From contig OY762007.1 of the NCBI GenBank assembly GCA_963665115.1, positions 2,560,001 through 2,624,000 on the forward strand: a DNA stretch of 64,000 bases. The letters are read 5' to 3'. The DNA comes from an uncultured Rivularia sp. (GTDB taxonomy: Bacteria > Cyanobacteriota > Cyanobacteriia > Cyanobacteriales > Nostocaceae). The first letter of the stretch is position 1, and each line of letters starts with the position of its first letter. Below the pieces are notes generated by a model. The model was not told the origin of the DNA. It was given only the letters and a program-made list of their open reading frames with translations, and did not search any database. Both the position numbers and the translations under genes were made by a program. Positions 9,770-19,116 of the stretch are shown here, piece after piece.

Positions 9770-10342
9770 ATGAAATTTATTATGACTATAAAAATTGAAG
9801 AAAAACAATTAGATAATATTGCAAGCTGGATGAAACCAGTTAAAGAAACTGACTTACCAAGCATCCTTAAAGGTGTGTTTTTTATGGATGGCAATCCGCT
9901 GCCGGATGATTGTATCACCATGTATAACTTAGAGTGGGATGCCCAAAATAATACTTTGTTTCTACCAGTATTTGGACAGGTGCAGTGGACTTTCCATAAC
10001 TCTATTCAAGGAAGGTTACTACTTATTTTTGCTTGGTTGTTTCAGTTTACTTACAAAATTCAGTTTGAAGACGAAACTCTACAAAAATCGCAAATCATAC
10101 CCTTATCATTAGGGATACCAATTCCTAGATGGATAATAAATCCGACAATGTGCCAAGTTGAAAACTCTGACAATGGAGATACTTGGAAACGCGAAAACCT
10201 TTGGTTAGGTGTAATTCCACAAATTGGCAATTATACACTTCGTAGAATTGTCGATAAAGATGGTAATTACACTTCCGATTTTGACGATATGCTTAGCAAA
10301 GTTCAAAATGAATGTTTGGTAATTGCCAGAAGCTCGGTTTAA
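9770..10342 (+). CDS. Hypothetical protein, co-oriented with lox and the P450
   Basis: 190-aa ORF with conserved-looking GVFFMDGNPLPDD and WTFH segments; family not recognised. Confidence 0.7.
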   Translation: MKFIMTIKIEEKQLDNIASWMKPVKETDLPSILKGVFFMDGNPLPDDCITMYNLEWDAQNNTLFLPVFGQVQWTFHNSIQGRLLLIFAWLFQFTYKIQFEDETLQKSQIIPLSLGIPIPRWIINPTMCQVENSDNGDTWKRENLWLGVIPQIGNYTLRRIVDKDGNYTSDFDDMLSKVQNECLVIARSSV

Positions 10343-10349
10343 GATAATG

Positions 10350-10949
10350 TTAATGTTGAGTACGAATACTCCGAATATACCCAATCGCTACAATCAAAGC
10401 ATCCAACATAATTTCATAACTTTCATCAGTTGAACGTTCAAAAGTCATCATTCCGGCTTGCTCGACGCTAATAAATCCGTAAATAGCAGCGTTAACCATT
10501 CGCATCGCATCAATTAGTTGATTTTCTGTTAAATCGTAACCCTGTATTCCCTGTTGAAATAAACCCAAGGCTTCTTTTATAACCGCACCCGCATCTTTAT
10601 CTGTAGGATGTAATTGATACTGCATCATAACTTTGTAACGTGCTGGATACAACTTGGCAAAGTTGCGGTTAGCCATCCCCCCGGCTTTGAATAACTGATG
10701 TAATTCGTTTATTTCTTGGGTTTTTTCGCGACAATAATCTAAAAATTGCCGCCAAATTGTTAAAACTACTGCTTTTCTCAACTCCGCGTTTCCATTGAGA
10801 TGTTTATAAATCGCTGGTGGTTTTATACCTAACTCTCGCGCTACCCGATTCACTCCTAGAGCAGATTCTCCCTCTTTATCCAAACAGGCGATCGCAGCTT
10901 CAATTACATCTTGAGGAGTTAGTGAATTTTCTTTTGTCGGACGACCCAT
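10350..10949 (-). CDS. TetR/AcrR-family transcriptional regulator
   Basis: N-terminal HTH (VARELGIKPPAIYKH); C-terminal YGFISVEQAG. Confidence 0.92.
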   Translation of the reverse strand: MGRPTKENSLTPQDVIEAAIACLDKEGESALGVNRVARELGIKPPAIYKHLNGNAELRKAVVLTIWRQFLDYCREKTQEINELHQLFKAGGMANRNFAKLYPARYKVMMQYQLHPTDKDAGAVIKEALGLFQQGIQGYDLTENQLIDAMRMVNAAIYGFISVEQAGMMTFERSTDESYEIMLDALIVAIGYIRSIRTQH

Positions 10950-10963
10950 ATGTTATCTTATTG

Positions 10964-11003
10964 TTTAGTTAACACAATTAACTAAAAGTGAATATAATTA
11001 ACT
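10964..11003. promoter_or_regulatory. Putative tandem TetR operators
   Basis: Perfect TTTAGTTAA-N5-TTAACTAAA (10964-10986) followed by AGTGAA-N5-TTAACT (10987-11003), between divergent tetR and amidase genes. Confidence 0.65.
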
Positions 11004-11055
11004 TTGTTAAGCATATCAAATTATAGGAGAGGGTTAAAACCCTTACTACAAGCTT

Positions 11056-12523
11056 ATGAATGATTTAGTATTCAAACCCGCACATCAACTTGCTCGAATG
11101 ATAAAGGAGCATCAGGTTTCTGCGGTTGAGGTATTGGAAGCACATTTAAATCAAATTTCTCTGCATAATTCTAAGCTGAATGCAATTTGCACTTTTAATA
11201 AAAACGCTCTTGAAACTGCGAAACAAGCCGACGAAGCTTTAGCAAATGGTGAGAATTGGGGAATGCTTCACGGCGTGCCGATAACAATTAAAGATACTTT
11301 TGAAACTGCTGGGCTGCTTACTACTGCGGGTTACGCGCCATTAAAAGACTATATTCCTACAGAAGATGCAACTGCTGTGGCACGTCTTCGCAAAGCTGGA
11401 GCAATTATTATCGGCAAAACTACTCCGTCTCAACTAGCTGGTGATTATCAGGGAATTAATGATATATTTCCTCGTGTAAATAATCCTTGGAATCTGGAAT
11501 ACACGCCAGGTGGTAGTACTAGCGGGGGAGCAGCAGCGGTTTCGGCAGGGTTTTCATCTTTAGAATTAGCTTCTGATATTGGTGGTTTCGATTCGTCATC
11601 CGGCTCACTTTTGCAGATTATATGGACTCAAGCCGACAGATAGAAGAGTTCCGACTACCGGGCATATTGGCGATACTACGAATATGGATTCTCGCTGTAT
11701 TCGGCAAATGCTTACTGTCGGTGGATTGGCGCGTTCTATTGAAGATTTGAGCTTGTGTATAAAAATAATCGCTGGTGCAGATAATCGTCAACCTAATATT
11801 CCTCCCGTACCTTTGGATGAAGTTGAGGAGAAAAGTTTAGAGAATCTAAAAATTGCTTGGATTGATGAATTACCTTTATATCCTGTTGCTAAAGAAATTA
11901 AATCTGCAATGCAAGCGGTGAGAAAAAAGCTTGCGGATGCTCGGATTAATGTTGAAAGTTGGATACCAAAATACGATTTTGCTGCTGCATGGGAGGTTTT
12001 TTATGCTGTGGGTACCTATAACCTGATGTATACTCAACCCACGGATTTGAAAAACCTTAGTTTTATGTGGAAGGAAGCGACACAAGGAGATAAATCATTA
12101 CGGAAATTAAGTAAAATCCCTAATGTAGTACTACCAATATTTATAAAAAAATCCTTGAAAGGTTATTTTGCAGCTTTAACACAAAGAGATAATTTGATTG
12201 CTCAAATGGATCGAGAATTAGAGCAGTGGGATGTATGGTTGTGCCCTGTTGCGATGACAGCTGCATTTACTCATAGAGATAAAGGTGCAGCAGTTGAAAT
12301 TGATGGTAGAAAAGTTCCTTATCAGATGGCGAATGGTGCTTATGTAGTTCCTTTTAATCTTACCGGACATCCGGTTGTAGTGATTCCGATTGGTTTTACG
12401 AAGGATGGATTACCGATTGGGATGCAAATTGTTGGTAAAAGATGGAAGGAGATGGAATTATTGAGTATTGCTGGGAAGTTGGATGAAATTATCGGGGGTT
12501 TTAAACATCCGTCTCTATATTAA
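11056..12523 (+). CDS. Amidase-signature enzyme (+1 frameshift near 11585, probably a sequencing error)
   Basis: GVPITIKD, PGGSTSGG and SDIGG/SIRHPAHFC are split across two frames; paralog of the next gene. Confidence 0.85.
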
Positions 12524-12656
12524 TATCAAATACAACAGTCACTAAATAATCTCTCTGTTCTATTCCTCTGCGTCTCTGCGGTTTTTTTCTCAGTAATCTT
12601 CTTTCTTCTTGGAAGTAATAAGAGAGGGCTGAAGCCCTTACTACGAGCCTTTAATT

Positions 12657-14147
12657 ATGAATGATTTAGTATTTACACCCGCACATCAACTTGCTCGAAT
12701 GATAAAGGAACGATCTGTTTCTGCGGTTGAGGTATTGGAAGCACATTTAAATCAAATTTCTCAACATAACTCTAAATTAAATGCAATTTGTACTTTAAAT
12801 CAAAACGCTCTTGAAACTGCAAAACAAGCCGATGAAGCGTTAGCCTCATGTGAAAATTGGGGATTGCTTCACGGAGTACCGATAACAATTAAAGATATTT
12901 TTGAAACTGAAGAAGTACGTACAACGGCAGGATATAAACCGCTCAAAGATTACATTCCGACTCGTGATGCTACGGTAGTGGCACGTTTGCGTGGTGCGGG
13001 AGCAATTATTTTAGGTAAAAGCAATACTGCCGAACTTGCGGGGGAATATCAAAGCGTTAACGATCTTTTTCCTCCGGTTAATAATCCTTGGAATCTAGAT
13101 TGTACTGCTGGCGGTAGTTCTGGGGGAAGTGCGGCGACTGTTGCGGCTGGTTTTTCGCCGTTAGATATAGGAAATGATGTTTCTGGTTCGATTCGTCAAC
13201 CCGCCCATTTTTGTGGTGTTTATGGACTAAAAACAACCGATAGAAGAGTATCTTCAGCCGGACAAATACCGGAAGTTCCGGGACAGCCAAAGTGCATTCG
13301 TCAAATGCAAACGATCGGTCCTTTGGCGCGTTGTATTGAAGATTTACGGTTATCTTTTACACTAATTGCGGGTGCGGATATTCGACAGCCAGATATTGCG
13401 CCGGTTCCCTTTGATACGATATCTGGTAAATCTTTGCAAGATTTGCGGGTGGCTTGGATGGATGGTTGGGATAAGCTCCCCGTTGCTGCGGAAATTAAGT
13501 CTGCAATGCAAGCTGTAGCAAAGGATTTAACTGAAGCTGGTGTAAAGGTGGAAAGTTGGATTCCTCAAATTGATATAGAAGAGATTTTACAGTTGTGCGA
13601 TCGCCTAATTGCCTATAATTTCGTTTATTCCCAACCCGTTGACTTTGCAACTGCTAAAAAAAGGATTCCCATGATATTTCGGGAGATGACGCAGGGGGAT
13701 AAGGAGTTACGAAAAATCAGCAATATGGGAGATTATTTACCTGAGTTGTTAAATCCGACTTTGAAAGGATATTTTACAGCTTTGACGAGAAGGGATAAGT
13801 TCATTTCCCAAATGGATAAAGCAATGGATAATTGGGATGTATGGTTATGTCCGGTTGCAATGACTTGTGCGTTTACGCATCGTCCTATGGGTACATTTAT
13901 AGATGTAGATGGTAGAAAAGTACCTTATTTATTAGTAAATGGTGCTTATACTTCATTGTTTAATCTTACAGGAAATCCGGTTGTGGTGATTCCTATTGGT
14001 TTTACGAAGGATGGATTACCGATTGGAATGCAAATTGTTGGTAAGCGATGGAAGGAAATGGAATTGTTGAGTATTGCCCAGAAGTTGGATGAAATTGTTG
14101 GGGGTTTTCGGAATCCAGATCGTTTCTTGTTACAAAGCACAGTTTAG
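12657..14147 (+). CDS. Amidase-signature enzyme
   Basis: GVPITIKD, GGSSGGSAA, GNDVSGSIRQPAHFCG, GLPIGMQIVG. Confidence 0.93.
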   Translation: MNDLVFTPAHQLARMIKERSVSAVEVLEAHLNQISQHNSKLNAICTLNQNALETAKQADEALASCENWGLLHGVPITIKDIFETEEVRTTAGYKPLKDYIPTRDATVVARLRGAGAIILGKSNTAELAGEYQSVNDLFPPVNNPWNLDCTAGGSSGGSAATVAAGFSPLDIGNDVSGSIRQPAHFCGVYGLKTTDRRVSSAGQIPEVPGQPKCIRQMQTIGPLARCIEDLRLSFTLIAGADIRQPDIAPVPFDTISGKSLQDLRVAWMDGWDKLPVAAEIKSAMQAVAKDLTEAGVKVESWIPQIDIEEILQLCDRLIAYNFVYSQPVDFATAKKRIPMIFREMTQGDKELRKISNMGDYLPELLNPTLKGYFTALTRRDKFISQMDKAMDNWDVWLCPVAMTCAFTHRPMGTFIDVDGRKVPYLLVNGAYTSLFNLTGNPVVVIPIGFTKDGLPIGMQIVGKRWKEMELLSIAQKLDEIVGGFRNPDRFLLQSTV

Positions 14148-14301
14148 AAATTACTTATCTCTCTTTATTTCTTTCCTCTGCGCTCTGTGCGTCTCTGCGG
14201 TTTTATAATTATTTAAAAGATTATTCTTTTTAACGCAGAGGGGCGCGGAGGGAAGCGCAAAGGAGCGAGTTTTTTAAGTAATTAGATAAAATTCGTAGTT
14301 A

Positions 14302-15024
14302 TTATAAAAGCGGTAATTCAATTTCCCATGATTTTAAATCGGCTTTACGCTGTTGATAATCTGGCATGATATTACCGAGAGTTTGCCAAAAGTCTTTACT
14401 GTGATTGTGGTGCAATAGGTGAGTAAGTTCGTGAGCTACTACGTATTCTAAAACTGACAAAGGTGCATCAGCTAAACGCCAATTTATATGAATGCTTCCT
14501 TTTGACGAACAAGTTCCCCAAGCACGTTTTTGTTGAGATAGTTTGATAGATTTGGGTTGAACATTGAGTTTTTTGGTGTAAATTTGAGCAAGTTGTTGAA
14601 TATAAAAATAAACTTTTTCGCGCTTCCAATCAATTAATGCTTGTTTTATCGCCGCTTCTTGTTCGTCTTGGCTTAAGTGTTGCGGTATTTGGATATCAAA
14701 GCTGTTTTCATAATTAATAATCACTTTTTTGACATCAATTAATTCTATATTTAATAGAAAATAACTACCCCGATACATAATTTTGGCACCATTTATATAG
14801 CGTTGGGGTAGTTTTGGAGGATATTTGAGAATTGTTTCCGTAACAGTTTTGAATAACCAGCTTTTTTTGCTATCGATAAAATTAGTAATTAATTCTTCAG
14901 GGGTATTAACTGGTGCTACCACTTCTACCCCTTTAGAACTAACAATAATCCGCTGTCGTTTACTGCGTTTGCTGTAACGGATAGTATAAGCAATGCTGGT
15001 TTCACCGATTTGTAAAACGGGCAT
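14302..15024 (-). CDS. YgjP/DUF45-like (M48/SprT) metal-dependent hydrolase
   Basis: WGTCS, I.INWRL, YVVAHELTHL.H.NHS..FW. Confidence 0.88.
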   Translation of the reverse strand: MPVLQIGETSIAYTIRYSKRSKRQRIIVSSKGVEVVAPVNTPEELITNFIDSKKSWLFKTVTETILKYPPKLPQRYINGAKIMYRGSYFLLNIELIDVKKVIINYENSFDIQIPQHLSQDEQEAAIKQALIDWKREKVYFYIQQLAQIYTKKLNVQPKSIKLSQQKRAWGTCSSKGSIHINWRLADAPLSVLEYVVAHELTHLLHHNHSKDFWQTLGNIMPDYQQRKADLKSWEIELPLL

Positions 15025-15044
15025 GAATTAGTTTTTTATTGTTT

Positions 15045-15947
15045 TTATTGTTGGCGAAACCTGTTTAATAATTCTTCGCGAGATAGCTGTAGTAATAAAG
15101 GAGTAAATTCTTGGGGTGAGAGTATTGAAATTGGTTCGATAATTGCGTTTAATTCTGCATCATCAGAACCAAAGCGAACTTGCACTAAGTTCTCAATCAC
15201 TGTTTTAACTCCTTGCTGAACCCCTTCTTGCTTTGCATCTTCTAACTGTTGTAAGTAAATTGGTGATAATGCCATGACTAATTCCCTATCTTCCTCATCT
15301 ATATTTTGATTTTGATTTTGAGTAATTTCCAATATGCTTCTTAAACTTAATACTGCATCAATTGCTTTGGCTCGTAATGGGTTTTCTGGAGGTAGTGTTT
15401 CTAGTTCCTTAATAGCTTGTTTTTGGACGTTTCCTTTTCCTAAAAGTCGCAACCACAATGTTTCTGGGATGCGAGGTAGTTGATGGATAACGACAATTGC
15501 AGTTTTGGCAGATTCACCTAAAAAATATACTCCTTTACCCCAATTTTCTTCGTCTGAAATAGCGTTGAAACCATTCAAGATAGCAATAGAAGCAGTAGGT
15601 GTTAAGATCCATACTTTGGGAAGCTCGTCTTCTACTGTTGGAATTTCATTTCTTTTATCTTCGCGTTCTATTTCGGATATTAAATAGAACACTTTCTTCA
15701 TACAGCTACGGATTTCCGAGATTTTAACTGCATTCCTATAAGGTTCAAATAATGCTATTCTATCGGCAAGTCTCCCTAATAATCCTAATTCTATTTTATC
15801 TATAATGGGCTGGGATGAGGGAACGAAATAAACGTCAATTTCTGTAATTTCGGCGGGTACTTTGCGGCTAGTTTCGACTTCTCCTAAAGGTTGTAATAAT
15901 TCTTTAAGATAATCCTTGGCAAATTGATCGTAGGGAAACCGAGTCAT
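15045..15947 (-). CDS. Cyanobacterial Rpn-like/PD-(D/E)xK-type hypothetical protein
   Basis: DQFAKDYL, EIDVYF, FEPYRN, TLWLRLLGKG and QEGVQQG..RFG C-terminus. Confidence 0.7.
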   Translation of the reverse strand: MTRFPYDQFAKDYLKELLQPLGEVETSRKVPAEITEIDVYFVPSSQPIIDKIELGLLGRLADRIALFEPYRNAVKISEIRSCMKKVFYLISEIEREDKRNEIPTVEDELPKVWILTPTASIAILNGFNAISDEENWGKGVYFLGESAKTAIVVIHQLPRIPETLWLRLLGKGNVQKQAIKELETLPPENPLRAKAIDAVLSLRSILEITQNQNQNIDEEDRELVMALSPIYLQQLEDAKQEGVQQGVKTVIENLVQVRFGSDDAELNAIIEPISILSPQEFTPLLLQLSREELLNRFRQQ

Positions 15948-16003
15948 GAAGGTTTTTTATTTTTTTTATTTTGCTGCATAATAATTTTATAATTAATAGG
16001 TAA

Positions 16004-17023
16004 TTAAATATTCAAACCGCGAGAAGTTGTTAGATAAACGGCAAAAGTTCCTAGCCAGTGACTACCTGCGTAATGTTCGCAGACTGCATTTTCTAACCCA
16101 ATTTGACGATGAATTTTTGCGGTATTTTGTAATGTATTTATTCGTTTATCATCATCAGGTAAACCAGAAATTATTCCTTCTAACATCCAAGCTCTACTTA
16201 AATTTAACCCATAGAAATGAGCTTGCATATAGTCTTGTGTATCTTTAATTTCAGCGGGTTTTAACCAATCTGTAGAATTATCAATTGGTATATCTGGAAG
16301 AAATTGATTTAACCATTCAGCAAAATGATGTCGAGCTAAAATTCTTCTTACCAAATCAGCTTCTGCTAAACAAGGTGAAACAAAATCATATCCTAGCGGT
16401 TCAAATCTTAAAGAATAGTTTTTATCATTCAAATAAAACTGTTCCACTTTTTGCTCAATTAAATTAATAAAAACAGTGTTTTCTACAGTCTTTGCCCAGT
16501 CTAATATCAAACTTAATCCAAAAGCAGTTTGATTGTGCATCCCACCGCGATCGCAAATTGTCAGTTTTTCTAACCACCGCTGTAAATTCTCTTTAATCTG
16601 ACTTTCCAAAGGTTGTAATATAATCTGCCATTTTTTGGCACCAACATCATCCCATTCGTGAAGCTCGGCAGCAAGCTGTAATAACCAAGCCACACCATAA
16701 GGAATTTCAAACCGGGGATGACGTTGAAAATAAGCCACTTCTCCCTCAATATTTTTAGGAGTTAAACTTTTTTCCAAGGCTTGCTTTGCCGATAAACTAA
16801 AAGATGCTTTAGGAAAACAACGAGCCAAACGTGCAAGCAACCAATGCCCGTGTACCGCTGAATGCCAATCCAAACAGCCATAAAAAGCAGGTGTTAATTC
16901 TCGCGGTGGTTTGACATCTTCATCGCTATTCAGCCAGTAGATATTACTGTGGGGATATTCGCAATCGACGCAGTTTAACACTAATTCTACTAATTTTGTT
17001 GCAGTGGTTTCGTTGATTTGCAT
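16004..17023 (-). CDS. DUF2891-family protein
   Basis: PAFYGCLDWHSAVHGHW, GLNLSRAW, HWLGTFA; start moved to ATG 17023 because the upstream ORF extension is a repeat element. Confidence 0.85.
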   Translation of the reverse strand: MQINETTATKLVELVLNCVDCEYPHSNIYWLNSDEDVKPPRELTPAFYGCLDWHSAVHGHWLLARLARCFPKASFSLSAKQALEKSLTPKNIEGEVAYFQRHPRFEIPYGVAWLLQLAAELHEWDDVGAKKWQIILQPLESQIKENLQRWLEKLTICDRGGMHNQTAFGLSLILDWAKTVENTVFINLIEQKVEQFYLNDKNYSLRFEPLGYDFVSPCLAEADLVRRILARHHFAEWLNQFLPDIPIDNSTDWLKPAEIKDTQDYMQAHFYGLNLSRAWMLEGIISGLPDDDKRINTLQNTAKIHRQIGLENAVCEHYAGSHWLGTFAVYLTTSRGLNI

Positions 17024-17097
17024 ATTATTAATAATTTTATTTATTACTATTTTAATAAAGTGGTGGATTTTATAGAATTTATTTGTAGGCTGTGTGA

Positions 17098-17208
17098 CTA
17101 GTACCGCTGCGCGGAAGTAAAAAGTAAAAAGTAAGAAGTAAAAAGTATTATATGATAAGGCTTTCAAACTTTTTAAATGGGTGCTTTATTTATGCCGTAC
17201 TGTACTAG
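17098..17208. mobile_element. MITE-like element bounded by CTAGTAC...GTACTAG, nested in a GTAG repeat
   Basis: Inverted ends, internal AAAAGT heptamer run; flanked by GTAGGCTGTGTGA on the left and GTGACGCACC on the right. Confidence 0.6.
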
Positions 17209-17482
17209 TGTGTGAAGCTTCGAGAGATTTGGCGGGGTAAATAATAGTTCTCTTTGCGTGACGCACCATCTGTTAAGTTAATGTCCAGGTTCTATTTTCT
17301 GCTTCTGGGTATAGGATCAAGAATTATAGAATTTCTCCAAGGGGAACTTCAGCCATGCATCGGATAAATGTAGTTTTAAATTGTCTATAATTAAGTTCCC
17401 AGATTTAGTTTCTGGGAAGAATGCTAATAACTGATAACTGTTCATTGACTATTGCTAACTGAAAATTACCTATTTACCTAAA

Positions 17483-18092
17483 TTAAACAGAAATATTGCT
17501 GACACGGTTAGTTAAAAACCAGTATCCAGCCCAAACAGTCCCACAGCAAGTAGCCCACAATCAAAGCGAGAATATTAATTCCTAAAAATCCGATAAAAGA
17601 TTGTACGAGTAATGAATTGAATAAACCTATTATCGTGGAACCTATTCCAATTAGCCATGCCATACCAACAACAACACTGAGCATCGCTAACAACCGAGGT
17701 ATTACTCTAGTTTGCAATCCCAACAAACCATTTAAAATTAACCATAATCCAATACATCCGATAGTACACAGTACAAATCCACTTATATAAGGAGAAAAAT
17801 TCGCCGGGTTGAGCAAGCCTAAGATATACCCTATCAAAATGGAAGCAGCACCAATTATCCCAATGACTCGAATTGCATGACTCCAATAGGGAAAGCGCCG
17901 GTGATGCAGTTGGTGAAAGGCTAGCACCATAGGTAATAAAGGCAAAGTTGGCGAGCAAAGAATGAGGAATTCGCCGAAATCTTCATTGAAGTTACTAATA
18001 AATAAACCAGCTACGAACAATCCCAAACTGAAAAAGGCTCCTAAACCTGCAATTCTGAATAGTACAGGACTAACAGTTATTCTGTGAGACAT
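17483..18092 (-). CDS. Multi-pass membrane hypothetical protein (probable +1 frameshift near 17542)
   Basis: About 6 hydrophobic segments; removing one G gives the C-terminus WTVWAGYWFLTNRVSNISV*. Confidence 0.65.
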
Positions 18093-18244
18093 GATTCACA
18101 CCTCGTAAACTTATATTGACAACATATATACAGCGCTAAATCATGACATTATTTAGAATTTCTGATACTTCACTAAATCTTTACGTAAGCGAGGATGAGT
18201 ATTTCCCCGCTAAACGAAAATATAACTTTTATCTACAAAAAACC

Positions 18245-18904
18245 TTAATCTATATATTCCACTACATCTTCTTTCTCGAAACGAACTTTAGCCATATTTG
18301 CATACTTGTCAGTAGAAAAACGATACCCAGCAGCACAAACTACTACTGTACGATATCCTTTATCTTTTAAGCCCAAAACTTCATCGTATTTAGCAGGAAC
18401 CAAACCTTCCATCGGACAAGTATCGATTTCTAACATTGCCGCAGTAAACATAAAAAACCCTAAAGCAATGTAAACTTGTTTAGCAGACCATGCATCTTTA
18501 TCAAAAACGTCAGAAGGTCTTTTTAGAAAACCTTTTACCATATTAGCAAGACCTTCTAGCTTCTCTACCGGAACATTTCTGACTTCCGACATCCGCTGAA
18601 GATAAGTATCAACATCCTCGCTATTAACATCTTCTTTAATAGTAAAAACTACTAAATGAGAAGCATCTACAACTTGTTTTTGTCCCCAGGAATGTTCTAC
18701 AAGTTGCTGACGAATTTCGGGATTGCGTACCACAAAGAATTTCCAAGGTTGTAGCCCAAAGGATGAAGGTGCAAGTAGCAAACTTTGTTCCAACACTTTC
18801 CAAACGTCTTCTGGAATTTTTTTGCTAGAGTCAAATTCTTTGGTTGCATAACGCCAATGTAGTTGCTGGAGAACTTCTTGAGGTGAAAATGTAGTTGCGT
18901 TCAT
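18245..18904 (-). CDS. NAD(P)H-dependent nitroreductase-family protein
   Basis: WRYATKEFD, LAPSSFGLQPW, QVYIALG, DTCPMEG. Confidence 0.92.
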   Translation of the reverse strand: MNATTFSPQEVLQQLHWRYATKEFDSSKKIPEDVWKVLEQSLLLAPSSFGLQPWKFFVVRNPEIRQQLVEHSWGQKQVVDASHLVVFTIKEDVNSEDVDTYLQRMSEVRNVPVEKLEGLANMVKGFLKRPSDVFDKDAWSAKQVYIALGFFMFTAAMLEIDTCPMEGLVPAKYDEVLGLKDKGYRTVVVCAAGYRFSTDKYANMAKVRFEKEDVVEYID

Positions 18905-18965
18905 GTAAGAGTTATAAAAAACAGCCAGTTCAAAGATAAACGCAATTATAGATAAACGCTAGTTG

Positions 18966-19000
18966 GCGTTACGCCGAAGGCGTTTAGCTCCGCTAATCGC
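18966..19000. repeat. Small dispersed repeat inserted in a HIP1 site (SDR5-like)
   Basis: GCG + 27-nt hairpin insert + ATCGC; near-identical copy at 32102-32138. Confidence 0.65.
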
Positions 19001-19116
19001 TCGTATTCTAAAATACATACTTATGGAAAATATGCAAGTGGCAATAGGCGTATTATCTTAGTTTACGCGCAGTAATCGCTGCATGATTCGGCGGTAGATT
19101 AAACTCACCATAGCGC

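Noticed and set aside
14302..15024. YgjP-like gene as part of a type I R-M system
   Set aside because: There are no hsdR/M/S genes in the window, and the type II cassette is 5 kb away with its own boundaries.
15045..15947. Active transposase
   Set aside because: No terminal repeats or target duplication were seen; it resembles a multicopy cyanobacterial hypothetical family.
17024..17167. N-terminal extensions in the ORF track (here, and at 42363-42431, 45580-45714, 55782-55955, 61591-61650)
   Set aside because: They run through repeats or non-coding DNA; downstream ATGs fit the family N-termini better.
19037..19116. Possible orphan gene tail on the minus strand (RYGEFNLPPNHAAITARKLR*)
   Set aside because: It looks coding-like, but there is no parent gene in the window to confirm it.
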